Positions 1-20,570 are shown, counted from the first letter of the stretch. The stretch: 64,000 nt of DNA from the human T2T-CHM13v2.0 reference genome, Homo sapiens (GCF_009914755.1 NC_060929.1); one strand, 5' to 3'. Notes: a model not told the origin generated them from the sequence alone. Numbers and translations are program-made.

Positions 1-428
1 CTTTAGTCATCTGTTTCCCGGATAGACTGTGAGCTCCCCAGGATCTAGCACAAGCCTGGCATATGACAACATAAATAAATGAGTGAATGTATACATGAAT
101 AAAGAGCGTGTACGGAGAAAGTTGCCGCATTATTTAGCGCAAATTAAGGCAGACATCAGCCTGCCCAGGACGCCTCTTTGGCTCTGGCGCGAAACACCCT
201 CACGGGCCGGCGAGGCTGACGCGCTGCGCTCCATCGCACTAATCAGCCGGGCGTGGTGCGGGCGCCGGGAAGACTGGGCGGGGCGAAGGCATCACCTTTC
301 GATGGGGCCGGCGCTGTGCGTCCTCCAGTCGAGGTGGGGCGCTGTGGAAGAGCGGCAGCTTCCGGTCGGCTTTTCTCTTCCTTCGGCTGCCGGCGCCAGC
401 ACGTCCTGTTTTCGTTGGCCGCGCTGGG

Positions 429-464
429 ATGGCCGCCACAGCTGTAGGTGCTGCTAGTGTTTAG
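429..464 (+). other. Candidate uORF (MAATAVGAASV*)
   Basis: gggATGG context; 11 codons then TAG at 462-464; ends about 100 nt before the main ATG and is in a different frame. Confidence 0.5.
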
Positions 465-565
465 CGCTGGTCTTTGCCGGGCGTTGAGGGCAGCTCAGCC
501 TCCTTGTTTGTCCGGTTCGCCTGTGCGTGGTACTCAAGGGCACCAGTATTCCCGCGGTCGGCAGC

Positions 566-582
566 ATGGGTCGGGAGTCACG
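566..582 (+). CDS. DDX46: DDX46 coding exon 1 (MGRES-R)
   Basis: gcagcATGG strong Kozak context; ATG GGT CGG GAG TCA CG followed by the donor gtgagg; joins exon 2 in frame. Confidence 0.95.
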
Positions 583-1554
583 GTGAGGCAGAGCGCCGAG
601 CGGGCTAGCGGGCGAGCGGCTTCTTGGGGTCGTGAGAAGAGGCGGGAGTTGAGGTGGCCGCCGGGCCAGGCCTGGCGCGGCCCCACGTGCGGTCAGCGCT
701 GCCCCGCGAGCATTGGAAGGGCTGGGGGACCTCGGCTGAGGGAATGGTTGTGTTTGGGCCAGCGACGGCTTCCCCTGCACTACCATCAGAGGGTTCGAGC
801 CCCTGGAGCGGGAACAACCCTCCAGGACGTTAGTGATTGGGCACCACATCCCGCCACTTCAAGGGAGCCTGCCCTGATTACTTCAGTCAGAAGTGATCCC
901 AGTTGGATTGCTTATTGCTTCGCGTTTCCAACATTTCCTCGACTCCTGTCATTCTGTATTTTAGTTCTTTGTGCGCGTATGATCTTTTCCCAAGTTACTT
1001 GAAAGGAGCGTGTGGGCAGACATTTTTACCGCATCGACAGCACTATACACGACTAGGCTTTTACTGGGCTACAATAAATACTTGTTGCGTGGGCATTTAC
1101 TTCGCAAATAGATTTCGTATTTAAGCAGGTAACTTTGTTACCTGCTTTTCTGTCCTTTTGAAGTTGTGGACTATGAGCTCTTATTAGAACTCATTAGATC
1201 TCATCACAACTTTAGATTGTTGATAGATTGTTAGGAACCTTGAGATTTTTATGTTAAAAATGACTATTTGCTATGTATTTAGCAATGACTGAAAGATATT
1301 TTATGTCTAGGAACAATGAAGGCTTTTGTTGTTAGTGCTAACAGTTCTTTGTTGAGGTACAATTAACAATCAGGGAAATGGACAAAACGTAAGGGTAAAG
1401 CTTGATGAAATTTAGCAAATATATAAACCGTGTAATCATCACCTGGATGAAGATAAAAAATATTTCTTTAACTACAGAAAATTCCTGTGACGGTGTTTTA
1501 AATCTCCGGAAGGCTGTCCAGACCAGAAATCTGAAAGTGATATTTATTTGACTC

Positions 1555-5330
<3,776 letters not shown>

Positions 5331-5530
5331 TCAAGACAGATTTTCCACCTCTACATGTGTCTGTGCTGAAGCAGAAGGGTTCATTTTTTCCCTCCTAATT
5401 TTAGAAAAATTCATAAAAAGTTCTTTGAGTGTTAAATTTGTCTGCTGAAATTATTTTTAGAAAAAATGTAATAAAATGTAATAGAAGCTAATGGTGTTTG
5501 CTGAACTTAATCTTTGACTTATTGTTCTAG

Positions 5531-5719
5531 CCACTATCGAAAACGATCGGCATCCCGGGGTCGCTCTGGAAGTCGGTCTAGAAGTCGCTCACCCTCAGAC
5601 AAAAGAAGTAAACGTGGAGATGACAGACGGTCTAGAAGTAGAGATAGAGATAGGAGGAGAGAGAGGTCTCGTAGCAGGGATAAAAGAAGATCTCGGTCAA
5701 GGGACAGGAAGCGTCTGAG
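5531..5719 (+). CDS. DDX46: DDX46 exon 2 (RS domain)
   Basis: ttctag acceptor, AG|gtaaga donor, 189 nt; encodes HYRKRSASRGRSGSRSRSRSP...RDRKRLR. Confidence 0.97.
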
Positions 5720-5858
5720 GTAAGACATTAATTAATTTCCAAAAGACGAGTGATAAATTGGGCCTTCTCGGCTATAGCAGGCTTCTTGAAAAGTATGTTT
5801 TCAACTGGAGTTTGGTGGCCCAATTGCAGGCCCTTTTCTTTATCCCCTACTTGTTTGA

Positions 5859-6282
<424 letters not shown>

Positions 6283-6426
6283 TGAGGGACATACAAAATG
6301 AAGTAAAAAGTAAAGTAATAAGTTATATTCAAGAGGGTTCTATTCCAATTCTGCTCCAGGAGAGCTGACCAAGGTGTTAATTTTCTTTCCTTTTTTTTTT
6401 GCCACCCTTGTTGAAATTTGTAAAAT

Positions 6427-6553
6427 TTCCTTCCTCTCTCCCTCCTTCCCTCCCTCCCTTCCTCCATCTCTCTCTTCCTTCCTCCCTATCTCCTTCCCTT
6501 CCACTCTCTCTCCCTTCCTCCCTCACTCTTTCTCTCTTTCTCTTTCTTTCTTC
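6427..6553. repeat. (CCTT/CCCT/CT)n low-complexity pyrimidine tract
   Basis: Near-pure C/T run in intron 2. Confidence 0.85.
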
Positions 6554-6715
6554 ATTTTGCTAAACAGTGTGTTTAGAGCAGCCTCTAAAGCAGGCAGAAA
6601 AAGGAAACAAAGCAGACCCTCTCCAAGCCTCTTAAACTATTTTAATGAGCTGTCATAGATTTAAACTAAAGAGCGCCTTAATCTTTTTTTTTTTTTTAAT
6701 TTATTTTTTTTTTGA

Positions 6716-6823
<108 letters not shown>

Positions 6824-6909
6824 TAACTGGGATTACAGGCATGCTCCACAAAGCCTGGATAATTTTTGTATTTTTAATAGTGACAAAGTTGGCCAGGTAT
6901 GGTGGCTCA

Positions 6910-7164
<255 letters not shown>

Positions 7165-7862
7165 TCAGGACTCCATCTCAAAACAGAAAAAAAGAAAATA
7201 ATCTTCTGTGCACACCACACCCAGCCAATTAAAAAAAGCTTTTCATAGAGATGGGGGTCTTAACTGTGTTGCTAGTGGCCTCCCAAAGGGTTGGGACTAC
7301 AGGTATGAGATACCATACCTTGCCCAGTTTCTCATTAAAATAGGAAAGGAAGACAAGATTGTGTTGTGAGTGGATCATAGAAAGAATTTAACTTTATCCT
7401 TTTCAGACATTGGAGTACATTGTTGTTACGTAGGATTCAGGGAAAATATTCACCCGTGACAATGTGGATAGCATTTTCACATTTTGTGGTCCTAGGAACA
7501 ATTTCACACAATTAATTCAAGTACTTAAGTGAAAATGGTTATTTAACATTTGGTCTTTGACTTTTGGGTGTGAAAGTAGAATCACAAGATTTTAGAGCAA
7601 GAGGGATTTTAAAGATGTCTAGTGAAGTCTCCATATTTTATAGATGATGAAACTGAGACCCAGAAAGTTGGAGATCTGACCTTCATCATGTCATTAGTTA
7701 CCAGGAGTAGCAGGATAGAAATTCTTGCCTCTTCATCTTCAGATTAGTGATCTTTTAGTAGACCCATTATGCCCATCCTTATACTTAGGTTTAGGCTATC
7801 TGAAACTAGATATTCTATCTTAGACCATCGATTTTCAATCGATGTTAATTACAGACTTATTA

Positions 7863-8418
<556 letters not shown>

Positions 8419-8543
8419 TCATTGAGACCTCCACCTTTAATAATGGTAGTGATTAAGATTCTTTCAATGTGGGACAGAATCCCCTGATCTGAAATAGTAG
8501 CTCCATTTGGTCATAGAATAAATGAAAAGTGTCCCCCTTTCAG

Positions 8544-8687
8544 ACGTTCCAGAAGTAGAGAGAGAGACAGAAGCCGAGAGCGAAGAAGATCTCGAAGTAG
8601 AGACAGGAGACGCTCAAGGAGTAGAAGCCGGGGCCGGCGATCCCGATCCTCCAGTCCTGGAAATAAAAGCAAGAAAACTGAGAATAG
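8544..8687 (+). CDS. DDX46: DDX46 exon 3 (RS domain)
   Basis: ctttcag acceptor, AG|gtaatg donor, 144 nt; encodes RSRSRERDRSRERRRSRSRDRRRSRSRSRGRRSRSSSPGNKSKKTENR. Confidence 0.96.
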
Positions 8688-9063
8688 GTAATGTTATCAT
8701 TGGGCTGCATCTATAGTGCAGACTGGGGACTGCTTCCCTTCTCTGCGCCTTTTTTTTTTTTCCCTGTAAGTTTGTATTTATAGAGAATTAACTGCATTTG
8801 GCTCCTACCATGAACTGTTGGCAGTGTTTTATTTTAATTGGCTATAATGTTTATAATTCAACTGGAAAATAATAGATTCTGTCAGTTTTAACATTCAATA
8901 CATTGTATTCTTACTTAATACATAACTGTCAATCAGAAATGTATTTTATAGACATCTTTGTAGAAACTCTGTCATTTTCTTTTCAGGCAGGGTCTCACTC
9001 TGTTGCCCAGGCTGGAGTGAAGTGGCAAGAACATAGCTCACTAACCTTAAACTTGTAGACTCA

Positions 9064-9609
<546 letters not shown>

Positions 9610-9665
9610 TTAAGACAATGTGCAATTTGTTTAGCAGTGGACAGACAGATTAGTGAACCATGTAA

Positions 9666-9917
<252 letters not shown>

Positions 9918-10542
9918 TAGTAGAGATGGGGTTTCACCGTGTTAGCCAGAATGGTCTCGATCTCCTGATCTCGTGATCCACCCGCCTCGGCCTCCCAAAG
10001 TGCTGGGATTAAAGGCGTGAGCCACCGTGCCTGGCCAGAAAAATTTTTAAATTGCTCTAGGGATATCTAGTATCCTTTTATGAAATAAGACTGCCTACCT
10101 TATTCTGTGTACAAAAAGCAATTCCAAGCAAAGACCAAATTAGATGGCAAAATTCTAAACCTTTTAGAAGTTTGTGCCAGAGAGTATCTTCTTCTTCACC
10201 TCTAGGTATCTTACATCAAATCTGGAAGGATTTCTAAACTACTTTAAAAAGCACCAATTATAAAGGAGAAAAAAGGTTGACTAATTTGATTACATTAAAA
10301 TTAAGAAATTTTATTCATTATGAGATGCCGTAAGTTGGGGTGCGTAAACAAGTTGGGTTTATTCCAAGAATGGCAGGTTATTTTAACATTAAAAAATCAT
10401 TAGAAGTCTGGGTGAAGTGGCTCACGCCTGTAATCCTAGCACTTTGGGAGGCCGAGGTGGATGGATCACGAGGTCAGGAGTTTGAGACCAGTCTGACCAA
10501 CATGGTGAAACCTCGTCTTTACTAAAAGTAAAAAATTAGTCA

Positions 10543-10695
<153 letters not shown>

Positions 10696-11826
10696 CTAAA
10701 ATCATTAGAACATTAGAACATTCGAAATGCATGTCCCTTGGGATTTTAAACGTTATTACATATATAAATTATCTTGCAGAATATTAATATATTGGTCTGT
10801 TTCTTCATTTATCACATTTTAACTATCCTACCTATAAACAAACTATATTGTTTGTATGTAGTATGTTCAGTTTTTCTTGGGTTGAATTTCCAAATATTTA
10901 GTAATGCTTCCCATTAGTGTCATGGGATTAATTTTTTTCGTTATATTTTCAAGGTTTTTTTTTTTTTTTTTTTTTTGAGGCAGAATCTTGCTCTGTCGTC
11001 AGGCTGGAATGTAGTTGTGCAATATCAGCTCATTGCAACCTCTGACTCCCTGGTTCAGGCTATTCTCCTGCCTCAGCCTCCTGAATAGCTGAGATTACAG
11101 GCACGTGCCACCATACCCAGCTGATTTTTGTATTTTTTAGTAGAGACGGGGTTTGTTTTTTTTGTTTGTTTTTTTTTTTTTTTTGAGGTGAAGTTTTGCT
11201 CTTGTCTCCCAGGCTGGTGGGCAATGGTGCAATCTCGGCTCACTGCAACCTCCGCCTCCCGAGTTCAAGTGATTCTCCTGCCTCGGCCTCCCACCCCTGA
11301 GTAGCTGGGATTACAGGCGCCTGCCACCAAGCCCGGCTAATTTTTGTACTTTTAGTAGAGACAGGGTTTCACCATGTTGGTCAGGCTGGTCTAGAACTCC
11401 TAACCTCATGTGATCCACCTGCCTCGGCCTCACAGAGTGCTGGGATTACAGGCGTGAGCCACCGCGCCCGGCCGAGTTGGGGTTTCACCATATTGGCCAG
11501 GATGGTCTCGATCTCCTGACCTCGTGATCTGCCTGCCTTGGCCTCTCAAAGTGCTGAGATTAGAGGCATGAGCCACCATGCCCAGCCTCCAGGTGTTTGT
11601 TAATGGAATATGAAAACACAGTTGACTCTTAGAAGTTTATTTCTTACCTAAATATTGGAATACAAGTCTAATAAGTGTACTTATGTATTTTTTGTTTTAA
11701 TTTAATAGAGACGAGGTCTCACTGTATTATCCTGGCTGGTCTCGAACTCCTGGGCTCAAGTGATCTTCCTGCCTTGGCCTCCCAAAATACTGAGCTTACA
11801 GGCATGAGCCACTATGCCTGACCAAA

Positions 11827-11857
<31 letters not shown>

Positions 11858-12155
11858 GACAGGGTCTCACTTTGTCACCCAAGCTTGAGTGCAGTGATGG
11901 GATCATAGCTGACTGCAGCCTCGAACTACTGGGCTCAAGTGATCGTCTTGTTTCTGCCTCCTCAGTAGGTAGGACTGCAGGTGCACACCACCATACCCAG
12001 CTAATTCTTAGTATATTTTGGAAAGATTGGATCTTGTTATGTTCCCCTGGCTGATCTCTTTAACTCCTGTTTTCAATTGATCCTCCTGCCTTGGCTTCCC
12101 AAAGTGCTGGGTATATAAGTGTGAGGCACCTTACCCCACCTGTAAAAGTATTTTA

Positions 12156-12401
<246 letters not shown>

Positions 12402-12529
12402 TCACTCCACTCCAGTCTGGGCGACAGAGTGAGACACTGTCTCAAAAAAAAAAAAAAAAGTATTTAAAAATGAATGTTTCTAAGTACAAATGAATGACAT
12501 TTCTCTTGTCTCTTTTATTTTTTTGGTAG

Positions 12530-12626
12530 ATCTAGGTCCAAAGAGAAAACTGATGGTGGGGAAAGTTCTAAAGAGAAGAAAAAAGACAAAGATGACAAGG
12601 AGGATGAAAAAGAAAAAGATGCTGGC
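12530..12626 (+). CDS. DDX46: DDX46 exon 4
   Basis: ttggtag acceptor, GGC|gtatgt donor, 97 nt; encodes [32 protein letters not shown]. Confidence 0.95.
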
Positions 12627-12651
12627 GTATGTTTATTAACTTAAAAATAAT

Positions 12652-12772
12652 TTTCTTTCTTTCTTTTTGTCTTTCTTTCTTTCTTTTCTTTCTTTCCCTC
12701 TTTCTTTCTTTCTTTCTCTTTCTTTCTTTCTTTTCTGTCTGTCTTTCTTTCTGTCTTTCTTTCTGTCTGTCT
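12652..12772. repeat. (TTTC)n/(TCTG)n pyrimidine tract (expanded antisense Alu tail)
   Basis: About 120 nt of near-pure pyrimidine starting ~25 nt downstream of exon 4. Confidence 0.9.
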
Positions 12773-13100
12773 CTGTTGCCCAGGCTGGAGTGCAGTGGCA
12801 CATTCTCGGCTCCTGAGTTCAAGCAATTCTCCTGCCTCAGCCTCCCAAGTAGTTGGGACTATAGGCATGCGCCACCATGCCCAGCTAATTTTTGTATTTT
12901 TAGTAGAGATGGGGTTTCACTGTGTTGGCCAGGCTGGTCTTGAACTCCTGACCTTGTGATCCCCCTGCCTCGGACCCCCAAAGTGCTGAGATTACAGGTG
13001 TGAGCCACCGTGCCTGGCCATCAAACTTGTTTCTATGGGCCAGGCACGGTGGCTCACGCCTGTAATCCCAGCACTTTGGGAGGCCGAGGCGGGTGGATCA

Positions 13101-13394
<294 letters not shown>

Positions 13395-13574
13395 TTAAAA
13401 TAACCAGATGTGAAAGATAAAAAAGGAAGATTAAATAATATTTACCCCTGTGGGAAAATTTTCTAAAAGAAGTTGCACATCTATACGCAATATCTGTTTT
13501 TACATACAAAGTGCAGTCTTACCATATAAACATTATCAATTGCCTTCCAAAAAATTTGTATAAATTTCGACTTA

Positions 13575-13811
<237 letters not shown>

Positions 13812-13931
13812 TCACACCATTGCACTCCAGCCTGGGCAACAAGAGCGAAACTCTGTCTCAAATGTGAAGGCCAGGCATGGTGGCTCGTGCCTGTAATCTC
13901 AGCAGTTCGGGAGGCCAAGGTGGGTAGATCA

Positions 13932-14171
<240 letters not shown>

Positions 14172-15322
14172 TTAGACATGAGGCCAGGTGCTGTGGCTCA
14201 TGCCTGTAATCCCAGGAATTTGGGAGTTCAAGCAGTTCCCCTGCCTCAGCCTCCTGAGTAGCTGGGATTACAGGTGCATGCCACCACGCCCAGCTAATTT
14301 TTTGGTATTTTTCGTAGAAATGGGGTTTCCCCCTGTTGGCCAGACTGGTCTTGAACTCCTGACCTCAGGCAATCTGCCTGCCTCTGCCTCCCAAAGCACT
14401 GGAATTACAAGCATGAGCCACCGTATCTGGCCTATTCATTTTTTTGAGACGGAGTTCTGCTCTTGTTGCTGAGGCCGGAGTACAATGGCGTGATCTCAGC
14501 TCGCTGCAACCTCTGCCTCCTGAGTCGAAGCAATTCTCCTGCTTCAGCCTCCTGAAGGAGGAACTACAGGAATGGGGAACCATGCCCAGCTAATTTTTGT
14601 GTTTTTAGTAGAGACAGGGTTTCACCATGTTGGCCAGGGTGGTTTCCAACTCCTGACCTCAAGGGATCCTCCAGCCTCAGCTTCCCACAGTGCTGGGATT
14701 ACAGGTGTAAGCCACCATGCCTGGCCATAAACTTGTATTTTTTTAATAACACAGAGTCTCCCTTTGTTGCTGAGGCTGATCTCAACCTCCTGTGCTCAAG
14801 GGATCCTCTAGCCTCAGCTTCCCAGGTAGCTGGGACCACAGACATGTACCATGTGCCTGGCCATAAAATTTCTTTATCATGTTGATGTCGTTTATTTTCT
14901 AACTTGTAATAGAAAATTGCTTTTCATAGAGGCAATTTTGGAGGCGTTTAGGGGATTAAAATTGAGAATAACTGGGAAACTTTGCTTGCTAATTACTTTA
15001 GTTTCTGTTGTTAGGAAGAAATAAAGTTTATGTGTGCATAATGCTTGTAAGTAAAATGAGATTGATTTATAGTGTTTGAAATCTATCTTTTGGCTTTCTT
15101 ATTTGAAGATGCTTTTTTTGTGATTTCATTTTGGTAATATATTTGTGTGTATATTTATAAAGGTATGTGATCTAAGTCTACCCTGAGGGGTTTGTATATA
15201 TGCCTTTTTTCCCCTTCTTTATACTTTGAAGAACTTACTGGAATGTCACTTGGAGCAAAATTATTAAATTTGGTTTTGCTTTTTATTTTCCCCCATCTCT
15301 TTCTTTCTTTTATTCCCCCAAG

Positions 15323-15488
15323 AACTTTGACCAGAATAAGCTGGAAGAAGAAATGAGAAAGCGAAAAGAAAGAGTAGAAAAATGGCGAGAAGAGCAACGT
15401 AAAAAGGCTATGGAAAACATAGGAGAACTGAAAAAGGAAATCGAAGAGATGAAACAAGGGAAAAAGTGGAGTTTAGAGGACGATGATG
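15323..15488 (+). CDS. DDX46: DDX46 exon 5 (coiled coil, start of acidic loop)
   Basis: ccccaag acceptor, G|gtatat donor, 166 nt; encodes NFDQNKLEEEMRKRKERVEKWREEQRKK...WSLEDDD. Confidence 0.95.
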
Positions 15489-15579
15489 GTATATTTTTTA
15501 GCCTAATAGCCTGTATAACACCTCATGTAGAATATTATATGAATAATATTTCATAAGGGGTTTTTAATCTTTTTTATTG

Positions 15580-16120
15580 TTGAAAACTATGCATAATATG
15601 CTGTTTACCATTTTCATCATTTTCAGGTTTCAATTCAGTGATAAATACATTTGCAGTGTTGTGCAGTCGTTACCACTGTCTGTTTCCATGACTTTTTCGT
15701 CATTCCATACAGAAACTCTGCACCTTTTAAATAACTCTATGACGCCTTTTCTCGCTACTTCTTGTGACCTTTGCTCTATTTTCTGTCTCTGAATTTGTTT
15801 AGTCTAGCTACCTCACATAAGTGGAATCATAATACATATTTGTCTTTTTGTGTCTGGCTTATTTCACTTAGCATAATGTCTTCAAGGTGCATGTATGTTG
15901 TAGCATGTTGGAATTTCCTTTCTTTATATGGCTGAATAATATTTCACTGTATATATATGCCAAGTTTTGTTTGTTCATTCACCTGCCATTGGATAATTTG
16001 GTTGTTTCCACCCTTTTGTTATCGTGAGTAATGCTCCTGTGACCATTGGTGTATAAATATCTGTTTGAGTCTCTGTATTGAGTTCTGTGAACTATATACC
16101 CAGAAGTGGAATTGAGATTG
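15580..16120 (-). mobile_element. Old L1M 3' fragment
   Basis: AAGTGGAATCAT..TTTGTCTTTTTGTGTCTGGCTTATTTCACTTAGCATAATGTCTTCAAGG..., ATATACCCAGAAGTGGAATTG. Confidence 0.75.
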
Positions 16121-16471
16121 TAAAAGCTCCTTTTAATATTTATGTTGTAATTTGAAATATAGAATTGTGTTTAGTAAGCATCACTGATTTTACTTTAGAA
16201 TGAATCATTGAGTGTTATTGGGCATAGCCAGTAAATAGTTCTTTAATATATTATACCAATGTGAACGTTAGTAAGGAGAGTAAATTAAGGGCATGCTTTC
16301 AAGTGCCTCCTCTGATTTTTCTTTTCTTTTTCATGTTTTTGGAGATAGAGTTTCATTCTCTTGCCTAGGCTGGAGTGCAGTGGCACAGTCATAGTTCACT
16401 GCAGCCTCGACGTCCTGGGCTCAAGTGATTTTTCTGCCTCAGCTTCCAGAGTAGCCACCATGCCTGGCTAA

Positions 16472-16831
<360 letters not shown>

Positions 16832-17515
16832 TGACCTTTCTCAGTGTTGGGATTACAGGCAGGAGCCACTGTGCCTGGCTGCTGATATTTCATAATTTAG
16901 GATGGAAACATTTCCCTTCACATCTGATTTTGACTTTCGAGATTTTAGTAAAGTAGGAGATTGTAGAATTTTATAGGAAAATGGGATTTTGGTCCATTGT
17001 CTGTGAAAGTTCCAAAGAATGGTTTAAATAGATTCTATCTATAAGTAGTCATGATGTCTTTTTTTTTTCGCTCTGTTGCCTACGCTTGAGTGCAGTGCCG
17101 TGATCTCGGCTCACTGCAACCTCCACCTCCCAGGTTCAAGAAATTCTCTGCCTCAGCCTCCTGAGTAGCTGGGATTACAGGTGTACACCACCACGCCCAG
17201 CTAATTTTTTTGTATTTTTAGTAGAGACGAGGTTTCACCACACTGGCCAGGTTGGTGTCAAACTCCTAACCTTGTGATCCGCCCGCCTTGGCCTATTTTT
17301 AGTAGAGATGGGGTTTCACTATGTTGGCCAGGCTAGTCTCAAACGCCTGACCTCGTGATCCACCTGCCTCGGCCTCCCAAAGCAGTGGGATTACAAGTGT
17401 GAGCCATTACGCCCAGCCAAGTAGTCGTGATGTCTTAATTCTAGACAATCTAATCTTTTTTACATAACTGAGATATGCTATCTTCTGTGATTGAAAGGTA
17501 ATTGAAAGAAAAATA

Positions 17516-18243
17516 CAGTTGACCCTTGAACAACTTGGTAGCTAAGCACACCAACCCCCACACAGTGAAATATCCATATGTAACTTTTTACTCCCCAGAA
17601 ACTAAGCATTACCTGCTTACTGTTCACCAATAACATGAACAGTTGAATAACACATACTTTGTATGCTTTATGTATTGAATACTGTATTATTTTAATATGG
17701 TAAGCGGGAGAAAAGAATGTTATTAAGAGAATTAGAGGCTGGGCGCGCTGGTGCATGCCTGTAATCCCAGCGCTTTGGGAGGCTGAGGCAGGTGGTTCAC
17801 AAGGTCAAGAGATCAAGATCATCCTGGCCAACATGGTGAAACTCCGTCTCTACTAAAAATACAAAAATTAGCTTGGTGTGGTGGCGCACACCTGTAGTCC
17901 CAGCTACTCGGGAGGCTGAGGCAGAAGAATCACTTGAACCTGGGAGGTGAAGGTTGCCGTCAGTGAGCCGAGATGGTGCCACTGCACTCCAGCCTGGCAA
18001 CAGAGTGAGACTGTCTAGAAAAAAAAAAAAAGAATTACGAGAAAGCAAAAATATACTTACTGTCCATTAAGTTGAAGTAGATCATCTTAAAGGTCTTCAT
18101 CCTTGTTGTCTTCACATTGAGTAGGCTGAGAAGGAAGAAGAGGAGGAGGAGTTGGTCTTGTCTCTGGGGTGGCAAAGGTGGAAGAAAATTTGCTTCCATG
18201 TGGACCCATGCAGTTCAAACCTATGTTGTTCAGGGATCAACTG
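17516..18243. mobile_element. Tigger2-derived non-autonomous DNA transposon (Tigger2a/MER28-like) interrupted by an Alu at ~17737-18030
   Basis: Terminal inverted repeats CAGTTGACCCTTGAACAAC ... GTTGTTCAGGGATCAACTG, with TA on both sides (17514-15, 18244-45). Confidence 0.85.
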
Positions 18244-19200
18244 TAATTGAAAATGTCATTTAGCTGGGTGCAGTGGCTCACGCCTGTAATCCCAACACTT
18301 TGGGAGGCTGAGGTGGGTGGATCACAAGGTCAGGAGTTCGAGACCAGCCTGACAAACATGGTGAAACCCCGTCTCTACTAAATACAAAAATTAGCTGAGT
18401 ATGGTGGCGCACGCCTGTAATCCCAGCTACTCAGGAGGCTGAGGCAGGAGAATCGCTTGAACCCAGGATATCAGAGGTTGCAGTAAGCTGAGATCGCGAC
18501 ACTGCACTCCAGCCTGGGCAACAGAGCGAGACTCTGTCTCAAAAAAAAAAAAAAAAAGGCCAGGCGTGGTGGCTCACGCCTGTAATCCCAGCACTTTGGG
18601 AGGCCGAGGCGGGCGGATCACGAGGTTAGGAGTTAGAGACCATCCTGGCTCACATGGTGAAACCCCCTCTTTACTAAAAATAAAAAAAATTAGTGGCATG
18701 GTGGCGGGCACCTGTAGTCCCGGTTACTCGTCAGGCTGAGGCAAGAGAATGGTGTGAACCCAGGAACCTGGGAGGCGGAGCTTGCAGTGAGCTGAGATTG
18801 TGCCACTGTACTCCAGCCTGGGTGACAGAGCGAGACTCCGTCTCAAAAAAAACATCATTTAGCAGAGAAAGTTTGTAGTTCTGCATCCAGCTGTATAGCT
18901 GTAAAATCTATTATTGGAGATCACCTTTTTTGGCATAATTAATCTTTTGACCCTTTTACAACCAATTTATGTTTTATTCATATTTATTTTGTCATTGTTA
19001 ATATTCAGAAGTAATACATGCTTCATGTAAAAATGGAAAAACCTCAGAATATGAGCATTTGAACTGATGGATGGCTGGAGTAATTGGAAAAGGGGTGTTT
19101 GGGCAGTGGCAGAAAAGGTTAGAGAGGTGGGGTGTGGTCTGATTGTGAAATACTGCATTTTTAAACAGATGTTTAAAGAATGTGTATTCTGGTATTTTAG

Positions 19201-19352
19201 ATGACGAAGATGATCCTGCAGAAGCTGAAAAGGAGGGAAATGAAATGGAGGGTGAGGAGTTAGATCCATTAGATGCTTACATGGAAGAAGTGAAAGAGGA
19301 AGTAAAAAAATTTAACATGAGAAGTGTAAAAGGTGGTGGGGGAAATGAAAAG
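19201..19352 (+). CDS. DDX46: DDX46 exon 6 (acidic loop, DPLD motif)
   Basis: ttttag acceptor, AAG|gtatgg donor, 152 nt; contains LDPLDAYM, the conserved Prp5 DPLD motif. Confidence 0.96.
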
Positions 19353-19667
19353 GTATGGAATTTCTTATTTTTAAAGATTTCCGTTTCCTCTTGGGTAACT
19401 TGAGTTCTCCATTGCATTGTCCTACTGATTGGCATGACTTTGTAAAGCTAACAGTTTTCTTTCTCCTCATCTGAGAGATGGCAGTACTTTTTCTAAGTAC
19501 CAGAGATACTGGTAAATTTTAGCTATAAGTGTTCTTTCAAAAGTCACTCTTTTAACACCATCAACTTAGTTTGATATCTTTGCTTACATATTAACCTTTT
19601 TAATAAGTTCTCTGGAGACTTCTCTAGCACTCCTGTCTTTGATACTCTTTTTTTTTTTTTTTTTTGA

Positions 19668-19826
<159 letters not shown>

Positions 19827-20093
19827 TAGAGATGAGGTTTTACCATGTTGCTCACGCTGGTCTCGAATTCCTGGCCTCAAGTGAACCACCTGCCTCGGCC
19901 TCCCAAAATACTTGGATTACAGGCATGAGCCACCATGCCCAGCTGTGTCTTTGATACCCTTGATGCCCCTCACTTTATTCTATTTTTCCTCTTTTTCATA
20001 GCATTTATTACATTTTGACAAATTATATAATTTTTTTGTGTTTACAGTATGTCCCTTCTCCCTTCTAAAATGTAAGCACTCTAAGGGCAGTGA

Positions 20094-20570
<477 letters not shown>

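Larger units (their letters stand above)
150..820 (+). promoter_or_regulatory. DDX46: CpG-island, TATA-less promoter spanning exon 1 of DDX46
   Basis: Dense CpG and GC-rich sequence against an AT/Alu background. GC box GGGCGGGGC ~277-285, ETS-type CTTCCGG ~360-365, YY1-like GATGGCCGCC 428-437, E-box CACGTG 684-689. Confidence 0.85.

Noticed and set aside
83-1002. Long ORFs across the promoter (124, 184 and 131 aa)
   Set aside because: Expected in GC-rich, stop-poor CpG-island DNA; no recognisable domain, and they run across the exon 1 donor.
5534-5728. Antisense Leu/Ser/Arg-rich ORF
   Set aside because: Mirror of the repetitive RS-domain codons of exon 2.
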